Positions 20,249 to 30,584 of a DNA stretch of 64,000 bases are shown here, in pieces; the stretch's first letter is position 1, and the number at the start of each line of letters is the position of its first letter. A program made the position numbers and the translations under genes. Origin of the DNA: an uncultured delta proteobacterium (GTDB lineage Bacteria > Myxococcota_A > Polyangia > Fen-1088). The notes under the pieces were generated by a model. It made no database searches. It had not been told where the DNA came from and saw nothing but the letters and a program-made list of their open reading frames with translations. The stretch covers positions 64,001-128,000 of the forward strand of contig CAWCMR010000022.1 in NCBI GenBank assembly GCA_963796685.1, in the 5' to 3' direction.

Positions 20249-20632
20249 GGACTCCAGCATGGAGACTTGACCCCATCTCCGAGCGGGCTGTATCTTTGAC
20301 TGAAGAACAATCCCCAATCGACGCGACTGAAGCACTGGAAGATCTACCAGGAAATCACCACCGCCTCCAAGCAGACCGGTCTGAGGGAGGTCGTCTTGCT
20401 TTCCTGCAAGGTCGGGAATGCCATCGATTTCGTGAAAAAGATTGCCAACGATTTTGGCGCCATTGTTCGCGCCTACAAGGTGCAGGTCGGTCTCGATCAG
20501 AATGGATCAAGACCCAAGGTCTTCTTGGTCAATCACGCCCCGCCCTATCCCACGGCAGCCGAAACTATTCTCCATGAGGAATACTTGCCGTACTCGCCCA
20601 ACGACACCCTTCTCGTCGGGCCTCCACTTTGA
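20249..20632 (+). pseudogene. Gene remnant with in-frame TGA at 20297; possible His/Cys domain fragment
   Basis: One frame reads QHGDLTPSPSGLYL*LKNNPQ..LREVVLLSCKVGNAIDFVKKIANDFGAIVRAY..; no plausible start. Confidence 0.45.
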
Positions 20633-20783
20633 GCTGACGACGGCTTGGTCACTGCCGGGGGCAAGGCGGAGAGGCTTGGTGCGAAGTCCTTCGGCGCAAG
20701 ACAACGACATCCGTGTCGCGGAACGGACCGCAAGTCTTTGGCAGGAGGGCCGCGATTCGGCCCGTTTCTCCCCGGCGCGGGCC

Positions 20784-20799
20784 TGGCCCGGCGATTGCT
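20784..20799 (+). promoter_or_regulatory. Sigma54 -24/-12 promoter
   Basis: TGGCCCGGCGATTGCT (GG-N10-GC) 21 bp before ATG 20821. Confidence 0.55.
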
Positions 20800-20820
20800 A
20801 GATTGCTTGAACGTCAGATC

Positions 20821-21219
20821 ATGCGATTTCCGCTCGGCATGCCTCTTCTTTTCGCCGCGTGCATAGTCACGCTCTTCCCGGGTTGCCTTGGAGGTGGTTG
20901 TTACGCCACGCAAGAGAATTTTCGCGTAACGCCGACGGAGAGCTGCATCCAGCCGGTGTTCGACGTCTGCGATGCCCAAGCGGGTTCTCTGACGGTGAGG
21001 AACAATTGTGCCGACCCGTTGGTCGTTCTCGACAGCTCTGTGGGCGATTCCGGCGCCGGCGGAACCTCGCAAGCGGACATTACGATCGAGCCTGGCGCGA
21101 AAGACGAGATCGAATGCGCTCCATTCACCGATTCATCCAACAGCGGGCTGTGGCACGTCACGATTCCCGCCGTGCTCGGCACAACCTCCATCGTGATCAC
21201 TTTCGATATCGCGCGCTAG
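20821..21219 (+). CDS. Small lipoprotein
   Basis: MRFPLGMPLLFAACIVTLFPGC signal/lipobox; LTVRNNCADPL. Confidence 0.7.
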   Translation: MRFPLGMPLLFAACIVTLFPGCLGGGCYATQENFRVTPTESCIQPVFDVCDAQAGSLTVRNNCADPLVVLDSSVGDSGAGGTSQADITIEPGAKDEIECAPFTDSSNSGLWHVTIPAVLGTTSIVITFDIAR

Positions 21220-21370
21220 TCAAGCGATTCCAGCCAGGCCAAAGCTACAGACCGGCTTCAGAGCTGGGCACGAGCGAAACGCTGGGAAAACCGGGGTGTT
21301 GAGAAGCCGGCGACTGAAACCGGGATTGACGCCCTGGCGGCCGCGTAACGGCCGTATCGCCTCTCGGCAA

Positions 21371-21453
21371 GTGAGGGGCCGACGCGCTCGCTCTTTCGCG
21401 CGCCCCTCACCCGCCGACGCGGACGTCGGCGGCCTCACCCCGACGGGGAGAGG
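21371..21453. repeat. REP-like palindromic element between convergent genes
   Basis: GTGAGGGGC..GCCCCTCAC stem; CCCTCACCCGCCGACG..CGTCGGCGG CCTCACCCCGACGGGGAGAGG. Confidence 0.6.
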
Positions 21454-21518
21454 CTGGGATCTTAGCCTGCGCGAACACCTCGAGACCCGAGCACATTGCC
21501 ACTCTTCCGGACGCCCAG

Positions 21519-22523
21519 CTAGAGTCGGACGCGGCAATCGAGGGTGCAGAGGCCGCTGTCGTTGAACGGGCCGTCGTCACACTCCTCGCCCCACGCACTG
21601 TCCACCTTGCCGTCGCCACAGTAGGCCGGAACCGTGCACGTATCGGTGCAGCCGCTCCGAGCCCCATAGACCGCCGTGTTCTTGCCCCAGCCAAGGTCGC
21701 ACGTCTCCGGGCCGTTGACGATACCGTCGCCACAGAGGAGGTAGCGGCAGTGGGTGCTGCAGCCGCCATAGTTGCTGTCGTCGTTGGCGGAACCGTCGTC
21801 GCATTCCTCGGCGCCCTCGAGCTTGCCGTTGCCGCAATAGACGCCGTCGACCGGCAGCCCCGCACAATTGCCGCCGTCGACGTAGGGCAGCCGGCGCAGG
21901 CAAGCTCCGCTCGAACAGTCCCAACAGGGCTCCGTCAGACAGAGGCTCGAGCAGCCATCGCCGCTCATCGAATTGCCGTCGTCGCAGCTCTCGCTGCCGA
22001 CGAGCAGGCCATCGCCGCAGATCGGGCTGCAACGCCGTCCGGGCACCGGGCAGTGGAAGCCTGGCTCGACCGCGCAGCTCGACGAGCAGCCGTCGCCATC
22101 CGCGAGATTGCCGTCGTCGCAGAGCTCGCCGGCGCCGAGCAAGCCATCGCCGCAGACCACCTGACGCGGGTAGGGCGGCGACGGACAGTCCGACCAGCCA
22201 CACTCGATCTGGCAGGTGGGATCGCAGCCATCGCCCGGGAGGGTGTTGCCATCGTCGCACGTCTCCCCGGGATCGACGAAGCCATCACCGCAGCTCGGGC
22301 CACGCAAGTCGAAGGCGGTGTCGGGTGGGGAGCGCGGTGGGAGGTCCGGGCTCGACAAGGGCGCGAGATCCGGTGCGAGAGCGGCGTCCTCGGCTGCCGC
22401 CGGGCTCGGACCTCGACCCGCGTCCGGCGGTCCGACCTGCGCGAGATGCGTGCGGCCGCAGGCCAGGGCCCCGCCTGTGCCCAAGAGCAGCGCGGCGTAC
22501 CGCCATCGCGTCGTGCTTGCCAT
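21519..22523 (-). CDS. Myxococcus cysteine-rich repeat (DUF4215) lipoprotein
   Basis: Lipobox ALAC; repeated CGDG..GExCDDGN..GDGC. Confidence 0.9.
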   Translation of the reverse strand: MASTTRWRYAALLLGTGGALACGRTHLAQVGPPDAGRGPSPAAAEDAALAPDLAPLSSPDLPPRSPPDTAFDLRGPSCGDGFVDPGETCDDGNTLPGDGCDPTCQIECGWSDCPSPPYPRQVVCGDGLLGAGELCDDGNLADGDGCSSSCAVEPGFHCPVPGRRCSPICGDGLLVGSESCDDGNSMSGDGCSSLCLTEPCWDCSSGACLRRLPYVDGGNCAGLPVDGVYCGNGKLEGAEECDDGSANDDSNYGGCSTHCRYLLCGDGIVNGPETCDLGWGKNTAVYGARSGCTDTCTVPAYCGDGKVDSAWGEECDDGPFNDSGLCTLDCRVRL

Positions 22524-22691
22524 GCGTTGGTATTCTATTCTCCTCTCTGAGCGCTGCCCAGAGGGCGCGATACCCTGCCGCCATCCTTTGGCGGCGCGAT
22601 ATAATCGTCGCCGGATGGGGTGAAACGTCCTGCGCCCGACCAAGAAACGCCGTTGCCGGTTGGCACATCCAAGTCAACGAGGTCCACGCGC

Positions 22692-22961
22692 ATGTGCAGG
22701 AACATTCGAACCCTGTTCAATTTCGATCCACCCGTCACGCCCGAGGAGGTGCAAGCCGCATCCTTGCAGTTCGTGCGCAAGATCAGCGGCTTCACCAAGC
22801 CGTCGAAGGCGAACGAAACCGCGTTTCAAGGAGCGGTCGACGCCATCACCGAGATCGCCAACCGGCTTCTCCATGCCCTGGAAACCGCCGCGCCTCCCAA
22901 GAACCGCGAAGAGGAAGCCGCCAAGGCCAAGGCGCGTGCAGCCGCGCGGTATGGCGGGTAG
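22692..22961 (+). CDS. DUF2277 family protein
   Basis: MCRNIRTLFNFDPPVTPEEVQAASLQFVRKISGFTKPSKANE. Confidence 0.92.
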   Translation: MCRNIRTLFNFDPPVTPEEVQAASLQFVRKISGFTKPSKANETAFQGAVDAITEIANRLLHALETAAPPKNREEEAAKAKARAAARYGG

Positions 22962-23097
22962 GGCAGGGTTTCAGCCCGCGGGCCGACCAGTCACGGCACG
23001 GAGTGTGGTGCGGAAGACACACCCTCGCTGCCTACCCCTGGAAACCGAAGAGTTCTTCGTGCAGTACCAGACGGGACAACGCGCGCGGCGTTCTGGA

Positions 23098-24147
23098 TCA
23101 GTAGGGCACCACCTGGATGATCTTGTCGCTGGGCTTGCCCGACTGCGCGTCGGCGCCGCCGCAGATGTACCCGGCCCACATCGACGAAACCCAGGTGCCC
23201 ACGTGGCCGCCCACGTAGAGGGGAAGCGCGAAGTCGAGGGGCGTCGCCTCGCCGGCCATCGGATCGAAGCTGAGGATCGAGGTGTACCCCGTCGAATTGC
23301 TGGCGCTGCCAGCCGGCAGATAGAAGAAGTCGCCGTCGCCGAAAGCCGGCGCGCCCCACAACGCATAAGGAAGATTGCCGGCCAAGGTCGCCTCGCCGGT
23401 CGCTGGATCGAACACCTGTACGGCGTTCGTTGCGACGCCAGTCGTGCCGGCGGCATCCGCCTTGCCGCCGAGGATCCAGACCACACTGCCGTCCCAGAAG
23501 ACGCCCGGCTCCTCGACGCCAACCGGCAAGGTCGCCGCCACGCTCGTGAGCGTGTCGCTGGTCGGATCGTAGCGCAGGATCTGCGCCAGGTGCCCGCCAG
23601 CCACGCCTCCGACGACGTAGATGGCAGAGTCGGCCCACACCGCGGTCACGTTGTAGGCGGCGCTGGGTAACAGGGCGTTCATGATGGTGACCGTACCCGT
23701 GCCGGGCACATACCGGACGATCCGGCGAAGCGCACCGGTCTTGTCGAGCCCGCCGAACAGGTAGGCGCCCGTCGGGGTCCAGGCCACGCCCGCCGCGTAC
23801 ATCGGCGTCGGCAGGGCCTCGGGCAACACGGTCACGGCCCCGGTACCGGGATCGAAGCGAACGATATCGGCCAATAGCGTGCTCTTGTCGTCGAGCCCCC
23901 CCGCCACGAAGACCGCGTTGCCGTCGGAAAATACCGCCGGCTCGTGCCGCGGCGTCGGCAAGACCGCGCCGAGCACGGTAGCGCCCGGCGGTAGCAGTGG
24001 CGGCAGCATGGCGTCGCCGTGGGCTCCGCCGTCGGCTGTGCCCTTGCTGGAGCCGCCGCACGCCAAGAGTGCCAGGCCAAGGCAGCCACAAAGAAGGCGC
24101 GGCCACGCACGGGATGCATTACCGGCAAAGAGCCAAGCTCGGGGCAT
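23098..24147 (-). CDS. Kelch-repeat lipoprotein
   Basis: Lipobox LLAC; six repeats with V/LxxGG..I.RYDP..LP. Confidence 0.85.
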   Translation of the reverse strand: MPRAWLFAGNASRAWPRLLCGCLGLALLACGGSSKGTADGGAHGDAMLPPLLPPGATVLGAVLPTPRHEPAVFSDGNAVFVAGGLDDKSTLLADIVRFDPGTGAVTVLPEALPTPMYAAGVAWTPTGAYLFGGLDKTGALRRIVRYVPGTGTVTIMNALLPSAAYNVTAVWADSAIYVVGGVAGGHLAQILRYDPTSDTLTSVAATLPVGVEEPGVFWDGSVVWILGGKADAAGTTGVATNAVQVFDPATGEATLAGNLPYALWGAPAFGDGDFFYLPAGSASNSTGYTSILSFDPMAGEATPLDFALPLYVGGHVGTWVSSMWAGYICGGADAQSGKPSDKIIQVVPY

Positions 24148-24280
24148 GAAGCGGTCCTTTCCGTTGGGTTGTCGGCGCGAGCATACCCGATGTGCCGTCA
24201 TCCCGGTGTAGATTGGTCGATTCGAAGAACCCGCGGCCTCGAAGTGAGGCAGCCTGGCGCCAGCGGGCGTGTACGATGTC

Positions 24281-24829
24281 TCAGAGGCCGAAAAGGGAAG
24301 CGTCTCTTCTGGCCGTTGCGGTGTCCAGGCGGATCGTGGCGGTGTCCAGGCGAAGCGTTGTTGCGTCTCCGCCTGGGGCCGCGTCCCTCTTGATGGTCAC
24401 CGTGTCTTGCTTGGTTGCTGGGCCATCGTGGAGCGCCGTCGCGGAATCGCGTTCGGAAGCCGTCGCGTCTCGGCCATTCATCCCGGCATCGCGATTGCCA
24501 CCCGAGCCCGACGATCCGCCCTTGGCCGAGCCGCCCATTCCCGAGGTTCCCCCTGATTCCGTGGATCCCCCGGTTGCTTTCCCGCCAGCGCCATTGCCGC
24601 CGGTATCGTTGGAATTGGTCGACGAGGTCTGACCTTCGGTTCCGGCTCCCCCGGCTCCGGTTCCGCCTGTCCCGCCAGCGCCGGTCGCGCCGCCATCTCC
24701 GGTGGGGGCGGCGTCGGTCTTGGTGAGTTCACCGCCCGTCGGCATGCAGCTGAAGATAGAGATCAGGGCTCCGCAGCACAGAGCCTTCGCCCAATTGCAA
24801 CTCCCCTCGGCCTTGGTTCCGGCGTTCAT
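24281..24829 (-). CDS. Gly-rich low-complexity lipoprotein without a globular domain
   Basis: GALISIFSC lipobox-like, GG linker, DTATIRL repeats. Confidence 0.6.
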   Translation of the reverse strand: MNAGTKAEGSCNWAKALCCGALISIFSCMPTGGELTKTDAAPTGDGGATGAGGTGGTGAGGAGTEGQTSSTNSNDTGGNGAGGKATGGSTESGGTSGMGGSAKGGSSGSGGNRDAGMNGRDATASERDSATALHDGPATKQDTVTIKRDAAPGGDATTLRLDTATIRLDTATARRDASLFGL

Positions 24830-25216
24830 GGCGCTTTTCAACCGTGGGCGGAAAGCTCCCACCATCGTGGCCGAAAGTCCAGGGGCCGAACATGGATCCC
24901 TGATTCCGACCAGCGAGGGCACATTCTTACCCTTGGGATTAACCACATGGACCTACATGCGTGATTGTCCTCCTCTCCCTGAGCGGTCTTGGCTGTTGTC
25001 TTCACAGGCAGCGTGTAACAGCCCTGCTTTTGCGCGCCCGCTCCAAGTGACGAAGCGCACTGGGCGGTGATCTGGTCAAAAAAAAATTAACGCCCCGAAA
25101 CCAATTCCTGGCAGTGTACGCACGAGGTAAGTTCGCCACCGACCGGCGCGCCCGCGTGTTGTGCCATGTGCTCGGCCTCCACTGGCTGGGGAGCGCCATA
25201 GAAAGGAAAGAACCCG

Positions 25217-27958
25217 ATGACCAAGAGAATGACTTCTCAGATTCAAGTAGGCAGTTCTCACCCATCTTCAGGTCTTCTGCCATGCCTCGCGGCCTTCTTC
25301 GCCGCGAGCCTGGCGGTTGGCTGCAGTAGCTCCTCGAGTACGCCCCCTCCGAAGGATGGCGCGGTGGACCAAGCAAAGGACACTGCAAACAACACTGCAC
25401 TCGACACTGCAAAGGACGTAGGCAGCGATACCGCAAAGCTTGATCTCGCCATGGACACTGGCGGCTGCTACGAAAACGGCCAGTTCTACGCCTTCGGCGC
25501 CACCGTCGTCACGTCCGGCAGTTGTACCTCCACGTGCACGTGCCTCAGCAACGGCACGGTCGGCCTGTGTACGACCACCTGTTACGATGCCAGCGTGCCT
25601 GATGTCCCCCCGACGGATACCCCGATTACCTGCACCAGGGCCGGCAAGTCCTACAATCCTGGCGAAACCGTTCCTCTCAACGACGGGTGCGGAGGGACCT
25701 GCGTTTGCCTGACGACCGGCGTTCTCGGGTCATGCATAAACACGTGCCCGCTCGACACCGGGGTCAAAGATACCAATCAACCGGATCAGCCACCACCGGT
25801 AGACACCCAGCCACCCATCGACACTGGTTGCGCCGCCGGAGCGGCCTGCAACCTGGCAAGCGGCGTCAAAGGCTTCTGCGCTGCCGGCGTCTGCAAGGCG
25901 TGCGCGGGCGCAACGGACGATGCCTCTTGCAAGACAGCCTACGGGGTCGGAAACATCTGCATCGCCGGTGCCTGCACGGCTGGCGACTGCCACGACTCCA
26001 CGGGCTGCTCGGCGGGCCGCATCTGCGGTTCCAGCGTGGCCCACGCCTGTGGCGACTGCACCACCGACACCCAGTGCACCGGGGATACGCGCTACGGGGC
26101 GGGATCCCTCTGCGTGAATAATCTCTGTGTCCAGGGCGACTGCCACGACACCAGCGCCGACTGCACCGGCACCACCAAGGTGGGCCAGGTGTGCGGGGCC
26201 ACCACGGCCCACACCTGCGGCGCCTGCACCGCTGACACGCAGTGTGCGGACGATGCAACCTACTCGGCTGCAACCCCGCCCAAGTCCATCTGCACGACGA
26301 CCACCGGTTTGGCCAAAGCTGGCCAGTGCGTCGCCAATCCCACGACCGGCACCGGCAATCTCTGCACCAGCAACAACGTGGTGTGCCCGGCCAACAGTGC
26401 CGACTTCTGCTGCGGCAACAAGTGCGTTGCCGGCAATTGTTGCGGCGATGCCGATTGCACGACTCTCGGCTCCGACTTCGTCTGCCGCCAAAACACGTGC
26501 ACGCGCTGCGACACCGCCACTGGCTATGCCTACTTCGTCGATCCCATCAATGGTGACGATGCGACGGCCACCGGCAGCGGCATGTCCGGGGGAACCGCCG
26601 CGGCAGCTTGCAGCTTCCGCACGATCAAGCAGGCCCTGACCGTCATCAATGGTCTCACGGCGCCGACCGGAACGGCCTTCACCGTCACCGTGGTCGGCCA
26701 AACCACCGGCACCACCTCTCTGTACATGGTTGCTGCCGGCGGGGTAACCAGTGTCGAAGCTCTGCCCATCGTGGTGCCTGCCAACGTGACCATCACGACC
26801 AAGACCGGCCCGGTGAGTCTCGCATTACGCGTCGGCGATACCCTCGGCTTCCGTCTTGCCGGAGCCGGCGCAGGCCTCAAGCCTGTCACCGCCGCGCCCT
26901 TGACCATCAATGGAGCGGCCCGAGCGAACAGTGTTGGTATCGTGATCGCCCCTACCAGCGGAACCGCAAGCCTCGGCAACGTCACGGTGACGAACACGGC
27001 CAGTGACGGCATCCAGGTTACAGGAGGCACGGCCAGTATTCTTGCCGGCGTCACCGTAACCGGCGCTGGCGCCAACGGGCTCAGTATCTCGGCAGGTTCG
27101 GCAACCATGAGCGCCGGCATCACCATCACGAACGCCGGCACCAACGGCATCAACATCTCGGGCACCGGCGCGGCCACCATGAGTGGCGGCGTCAGCGTCA
27201 CAGGCGCGACCAACCACGGTATCAATATCCTGGGCACCGGTGCGGCAACCATCGGTGCTGGCGTCAGTGTGACAGGCTCGGACGCCAACGGCCTCAACAT
27301 CCAAGGCGGCGGCACGGCAACCATCACGGTGACGAGCGCCACCGCTGCCAGCACGGTCTTCGACAGCAATGGTCAGTACGGCATCTCCGTGGCGGGAACC
27401 GGTGTGCTTACCATCAGCGGCGCAACGGTCGCGACCGGAACCACGGTACGCACGGTTTCGGCCAAGAGCAATACCTTGAGCAACGTCTATTTCGCCAGCA
27501 CATCCACGGCTCTGAGTACCATCGATCATTTCTATTCCTACAATAGCTCGGCGGATGGACTGCGCATTGCAGCGGGCAGCACGATTCAAGTCCGCAACAG
27601 CGTCTTCAGAAGGAATGCTGGCGATGGTATCCATATCATTTCATCTACCAGCACCGACGATCTCTCCAATATCGACCTCGGGACCTCCGCTACAACGGAT
27701 GCCGGCAACAATGAGCTTCAGAGTGCAGCGACCGGCACCAAGAACACCGGCGCAGGTCTATGCGTGGATCTGACCCTGACCACCACACCCGCGCAAACTC
27801 TGGAGGCCAGGGGTAACCAGTTCACGGGTGTCGACTGCACGGCGACTGGGGCAGGTGCAATCACCAAGAATGCGACCTGTGCTTCAGGTGTTGACCTGGG
27901 TATTACGGCGGCTGGCCCGACCGTGACTGTCAACACCAACCTCTGCACGCATCCGTAA
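25217..27958 (+). CDS. Large Cys-rich lipoprotein with right-handed beta-helix C-terminus
   Basis: Lipobox AVGC; VWC-like CTCLSNG; GDCHD repeats; YFVDPINGDD..SFRTIKQAL; helix repeats (GVTVTGAGANGLSI); IDLGT..DAGNN. Confidence 0.85.
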   Translation: MTKRMTSQIQVGSSHPSSGLLPCLAAFFAASLAVGCSSSSSTPPPKDGAVDQAKDTANNTALDTAKDVGSDTAKLDLAMDTGGCYENGQFYAFGATVVTSGSCTSTCTCLSNGTVGLCTTTCYDASVPDVPPTDTPITCTRAGKSYNPGETVPLNDGCGGTCVCLTTGVLGSCINTCPLDTGVKDTNQPDQPPPVDTQPPIDTGCAAGAACNLASGVKGFCAAGVCKACAGATDDASCKTAYGVGNICIAGACTAGDCHDSTGCSAGRICGSSVAHACGDCTTDTQCTGDTRYGAGSLCVNNLCVQGDCHDTSADCTGTTKVGQVCGATTAHTCGACTADTQCADDATYSAATPPKSICTTTTGLAKAGQCVANPTTGTGNLCTSNNVVCPANSADFCCGNKCVAGNCCGDADCTTLGSDFVCRQNTCTRCDTATGYAYFVDPINGDDATATGSGMSGGTAAAACSFRTIKQALTVINGLTAPTGTAFTVTVVGQTTGTTSLYMVAAGGVTSVEALPIVVPANVTITTKTGPVSLALRVGDTLGFRLAGAGAGLKPVTAAPLTINGAARANSVGIVIAPTSGTASLGNVTVTNTASDGIQVTGGTASILAGVTVTGAGANGLSISAGSATMSAGITITNAGTNGINISGTGAATMSGGVSVTGATNHGINILGTGAATIGAGVSVTGSDANGLNIQGGGTATITVTSATAASTVFDSNGQYGISVAGTGVLTISGATVATGTTVRTVSAKSNTLSNVYFASTSTALSTIDHFYSYNSSADGLRIAAGSTIQVRNSVFRRNAGDGIHIISSTSTDDLSNIDLGTSATTDAGNNELQSAATGTKNTGAGLCVDLTLTTTPAQTLEARGNQFTGVDCTATGAGAITKNATCASGVDLGITAAGPTVTVNTNLCTHP

Positions 27959-28006
27959 CCACCGTACCTGAACGCAGCTCCTAATTGCGAGCCGCTCCAA
28001 TCAATC

Positions 28007-28048
28007 AACGCCCCGGCAGGTCCAATCCCTCGCCGGGGCGTTTTCTTT
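28007..28048 (+). terminator. Rho-independent terminator
   Basis: AACGCCCCGGC..GCCGGGGCGTT followed by TTCTTT. Confidence 0.75.
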
Positions 28049-28103
28049 GGCTCGCGATGCATGGGAAGAACGAACCCGGCGGCCAGTCGGTGTCGCGATG
28101 GCG

Positions 28104-30584
28104 TTACTGGCACGAGCTGAGCAGCACGCTCACGGTGTCCGAGCCTTGGTTCGTGACCACGATGTCCGGCTTGCCGTCGCCGTTCACATCGCCCATCGCT
28201 ACCGAGTCCGGACCACCGTCGCAGGGCATACAGATGGAAGCGGCCGCATAGTCCACTTCCCGCGCGAAGGTCCCGTCACCATTGCCAAGAAACAGGCCCA
28301 CGGTGCCGGTACGGTTCGCCGTCACCAGATCCATCTTGCCGTCGCCGTTCAAGTCGCCCACGGCCACGGACTTAGGGCTCAGGGAAGGTAAGGTCGGGTA
28401 GTCGTCTCTGGCAGTGAAGGTCCCGTCGCCCTTTCCAAGCAGGATACCGAGGGCGTCGCTGAAGGCGTGGTTCGTGGTGAGGATGTCCAACACGCCATCA
28501 CCGTTCAAGTCGCCCAGAACCACGGAGGTCGGGAGGTTCGGCGTCGGGTAGTCCTTCTTCGCGGCGAAGGTTCCGTTGCCTTTGCCGAGCAGCACGCTCA
28601 CGCTCTGCGAGTCGTAGCTCGCGGTCGCAACATCCAGCTTGCCATCGCCGTTCAAGTCGCCCAGCGCCAGCGCGCTTGGGGCCCCCCCGGTTGGGCAGCC
28701 CGTGCTCGCGGTGAAGGTTCCATCGCCCTTGCCGAGCAGCACGCCCACCATATTCGAACCGGAGAGAGCAACGACGAGGTCCAACTTGCCATCGCCATTC
28801 AAGTCACCTAGTGCCAGCGCGACGCCCGACATGGTGTAGTCCACTTTGGCGACAAAGGTCCCGTCGCCCTTTCCCAGCGACACCCTGACCACCTGCGGGC
28901 TCGCTTCGATCGCGACGACATCCGGCTTGCCATCGCCATCGAGATCGCCGAACACCGCCGAATCGCCCGACAGGCTGGTGTCGGGTGCGTTGGCAGTGAA
29001 GGAGCCGTCGCCTTTCCCAAGCAACACGGTCAACCAAGGGCCTACCCCAACCAGGTCGACGTTGCCATCACCGTTCAAGTCCCTCATCAGCACCCCATTT
29101 GCCAACACGCCTTCATAGTTCGCCAGGTTGGCGAAGTTTCCATCGCCCTTCCCGAGTTGAACACTTAGGGTACTGGAGTCGTTCGTCGCGACGAGATCCA
29201 GCTTGCTGTCGCCGTTCAAGTCGCTTAGCGCTACCGAGGTCGGGTGTCCTCCGGTCGGAAAGTCCACCCTGGTCGCGAAGGTCCCATCGCCTTTCCCTGG
29301 CAGCACGCTCACCGTGCCCGCGATGTCGTTCGCCGCGACGAGGTCGAGCGCGCCGTCGCCGTTCACGTCACCCAGCGCCAACGAAATCGGCATGCCGATT
29401 ATTGGCGTGGTATCGAGCTCGTACCCCCCGGCCGCGTAGTCCACCTTGGCCGCGAAGGTCCCATGGCCCATTCCCAGCAGCACGCTCACGGACATCGAGA
29501 AGTAGCTCGTGGTCACGATGTCCAGCCTGTTGTCGCCGTTCAAGTCACCCAGGACCACCGAGTACAAGGCCCTTCCAGCAGCGTAGTCCGCCTTGGCGGC
29601 AAAGGTCCCGTCGCCCTTCCCGAGCAGCACGCTCACCGTGCTTGCGCTGGAGTTTGCCGTCACGAGGTCCAGCTTGCCATCGCCGTTCAGGTCGCCCAGC
29701 GCCACCGATTGCGGCATAGACCCGGTGGCGTAGTCCACCTTGGCGGCAAAGGCACCGCCATCCTTTCCAAGCAGCACGCTCACCGTGTTCGCGTCGTTGT
29801 TCGTCGCGACGATGTCCGGCCTGCCGTCGCCGTTCAGGTCGCCCAAGGCCACCGCAATGGGGGAAGCCCCGGTCGCATAGTCCACCTTGGCGGCGAAAGT
29901 CCCATCGCCTTTGCCGAGCAGCACGCTGACTGTGTTCGCGTCCAGATTGGTCGTCACGACGTCCAGCTCGCCGTCGCCGTTCAGGTCTGCAAGCGCCAGC
30001 GAAGTCGGAGAAGCCCCGGTCGGGTAGTCCGCTTTGGCGGCGAACGTCCCGTCGCCTTTGCCAAGCAGCACGCTCACCGTGGCCGCGCCTTGGTTGGCGG
30101 TAACGAGGTCGGGTTCGTGGTCGCCGTTCAGATCCCCCCATGCCAGCGAATTCGGGCCTGCCCCGGTTTCCATCAGTGGGAACGAGCCGAACGAGAGTGT
30201 TCCAGGGCACGCTGTCGAACCACCACTGTCCAAGCCGGCTTCCTTCTTGCCCATGGCCTCGCTCGCAGCATCCTGCTTGATGGGCGCCGTATCCGGAATT
30301 GCTGCCGTGCCTGGGATTGCGCTGTCGTGGTCAGGGCTTGCGCTGTCGTGGCCGGAAAGAGGTGCATCCAGACCGCTATCGATGATGTCGACACCCGCAT
30401 CGACGGTCGCGTCCTTGTAGACGGCATCGCTGTCGCCTGGCAGGTCACGTTGCGAACCGAGATCGGGTACGCTCGTCCCCGAATCATTGGTCTTGCGGGT
30501 TCTCAGCGTGGAGCTGCCGCACGCGGCGAGGACAAGGGCGGACGCGATGACGAAACCAATCCTCCTGGCGGTGCATGAGACCAT
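28104..30584 (-). CDS. FG-GAP/VCBS repeat lipoprotein
   Basis: Lipobox LAAC; ~14 repeats LGDLNGDGKLDLVTAN..VSVLLGKGDGTF. Confidence 0.93.
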   Translation of the reverse strand: MVSCTARRIGFVIASALVLAACGSSTLRTRKTNDSGTSVPDLGSQRDLPGDSDAVYKDATVDAGVDIIDSGLDAPLSGHDSASPDHDSAIPGTAAIPDTAPIKQDAASEAMGKKEAGLDSGGSTACPGTLSFGSFPLMETGAGPNSLAWGDLNGDHEPDLVTANQGAATVSVLLGKGDGTFAAKADYPTGASPTSLALADLNGDGELDVVTTNLDANTVSVLLGKGDGTFAAKVDYATGASPIAVALGDLNGDGRPDIVATNNDANTVSVLLGKDGGAFAAKVDYATGSMPQSVALGDLNGDGKLDLVTANSSASTVSVLLGKGDGTFAAKADYAAGRALYSVVLGDLNGDNRLDIVTTSYFSMSVSVLLGMGHGTFAAKVDYAAGGYELDTTPIIGMPISLALGDVNGDGALDLVAANDIAGTVSVLPGKGDGTFATRVDFPTGGHPTSVALSDLNGDSKLDLVATNDSSTLSVQLGKGDGNFANLANYEGVLANGVLMRDLNGDGNVDLVGVGPWLTVLLGKGDGSFTANAPDTSLSGDSAVFGDLDGDGKPDVVAIEASPQVVRVSLGKGDGTFVAKVDYTMSGVALALGDLNGDGKLDLVVALSGSNMVGVLLGKGDGTFTASTGCPTGGAPSALALGDLNGDGKLDVATASYDSQSVSVLLGKGNGTFAAKKDYPTPNLPTSVVLGDLNGDGVLDILTTNHAFSDALGILLGKGDGTFTARDDYPTLPSLSPKSVAVGDLNGDGKMDLVTANRTGTVGLFLGNGDGTFAREVDYAAASICMPCDGGPDSVAMGDVNGDGKPDIVVTNQGSDTVSVLLSSCQ

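Noticed and set aside
20297-20299. In-frame TGA as selenocysteine
   Set aside because: No Cys-equivalent context, no evident SECIS hairpin, and a second stop lies just upstream
25078-25086. A9 tract as a phase-variation switch
   Set aside because: Intergenic, with no identifiable -35/-10 around it; more simply an UP-like element
28104-30200. Regular DNA repeats resembling a CRISPR or DGR array
   Set aside because: They are coding FG-GAP repeats; no spacers, cas genes or reverse transcriptase in the window
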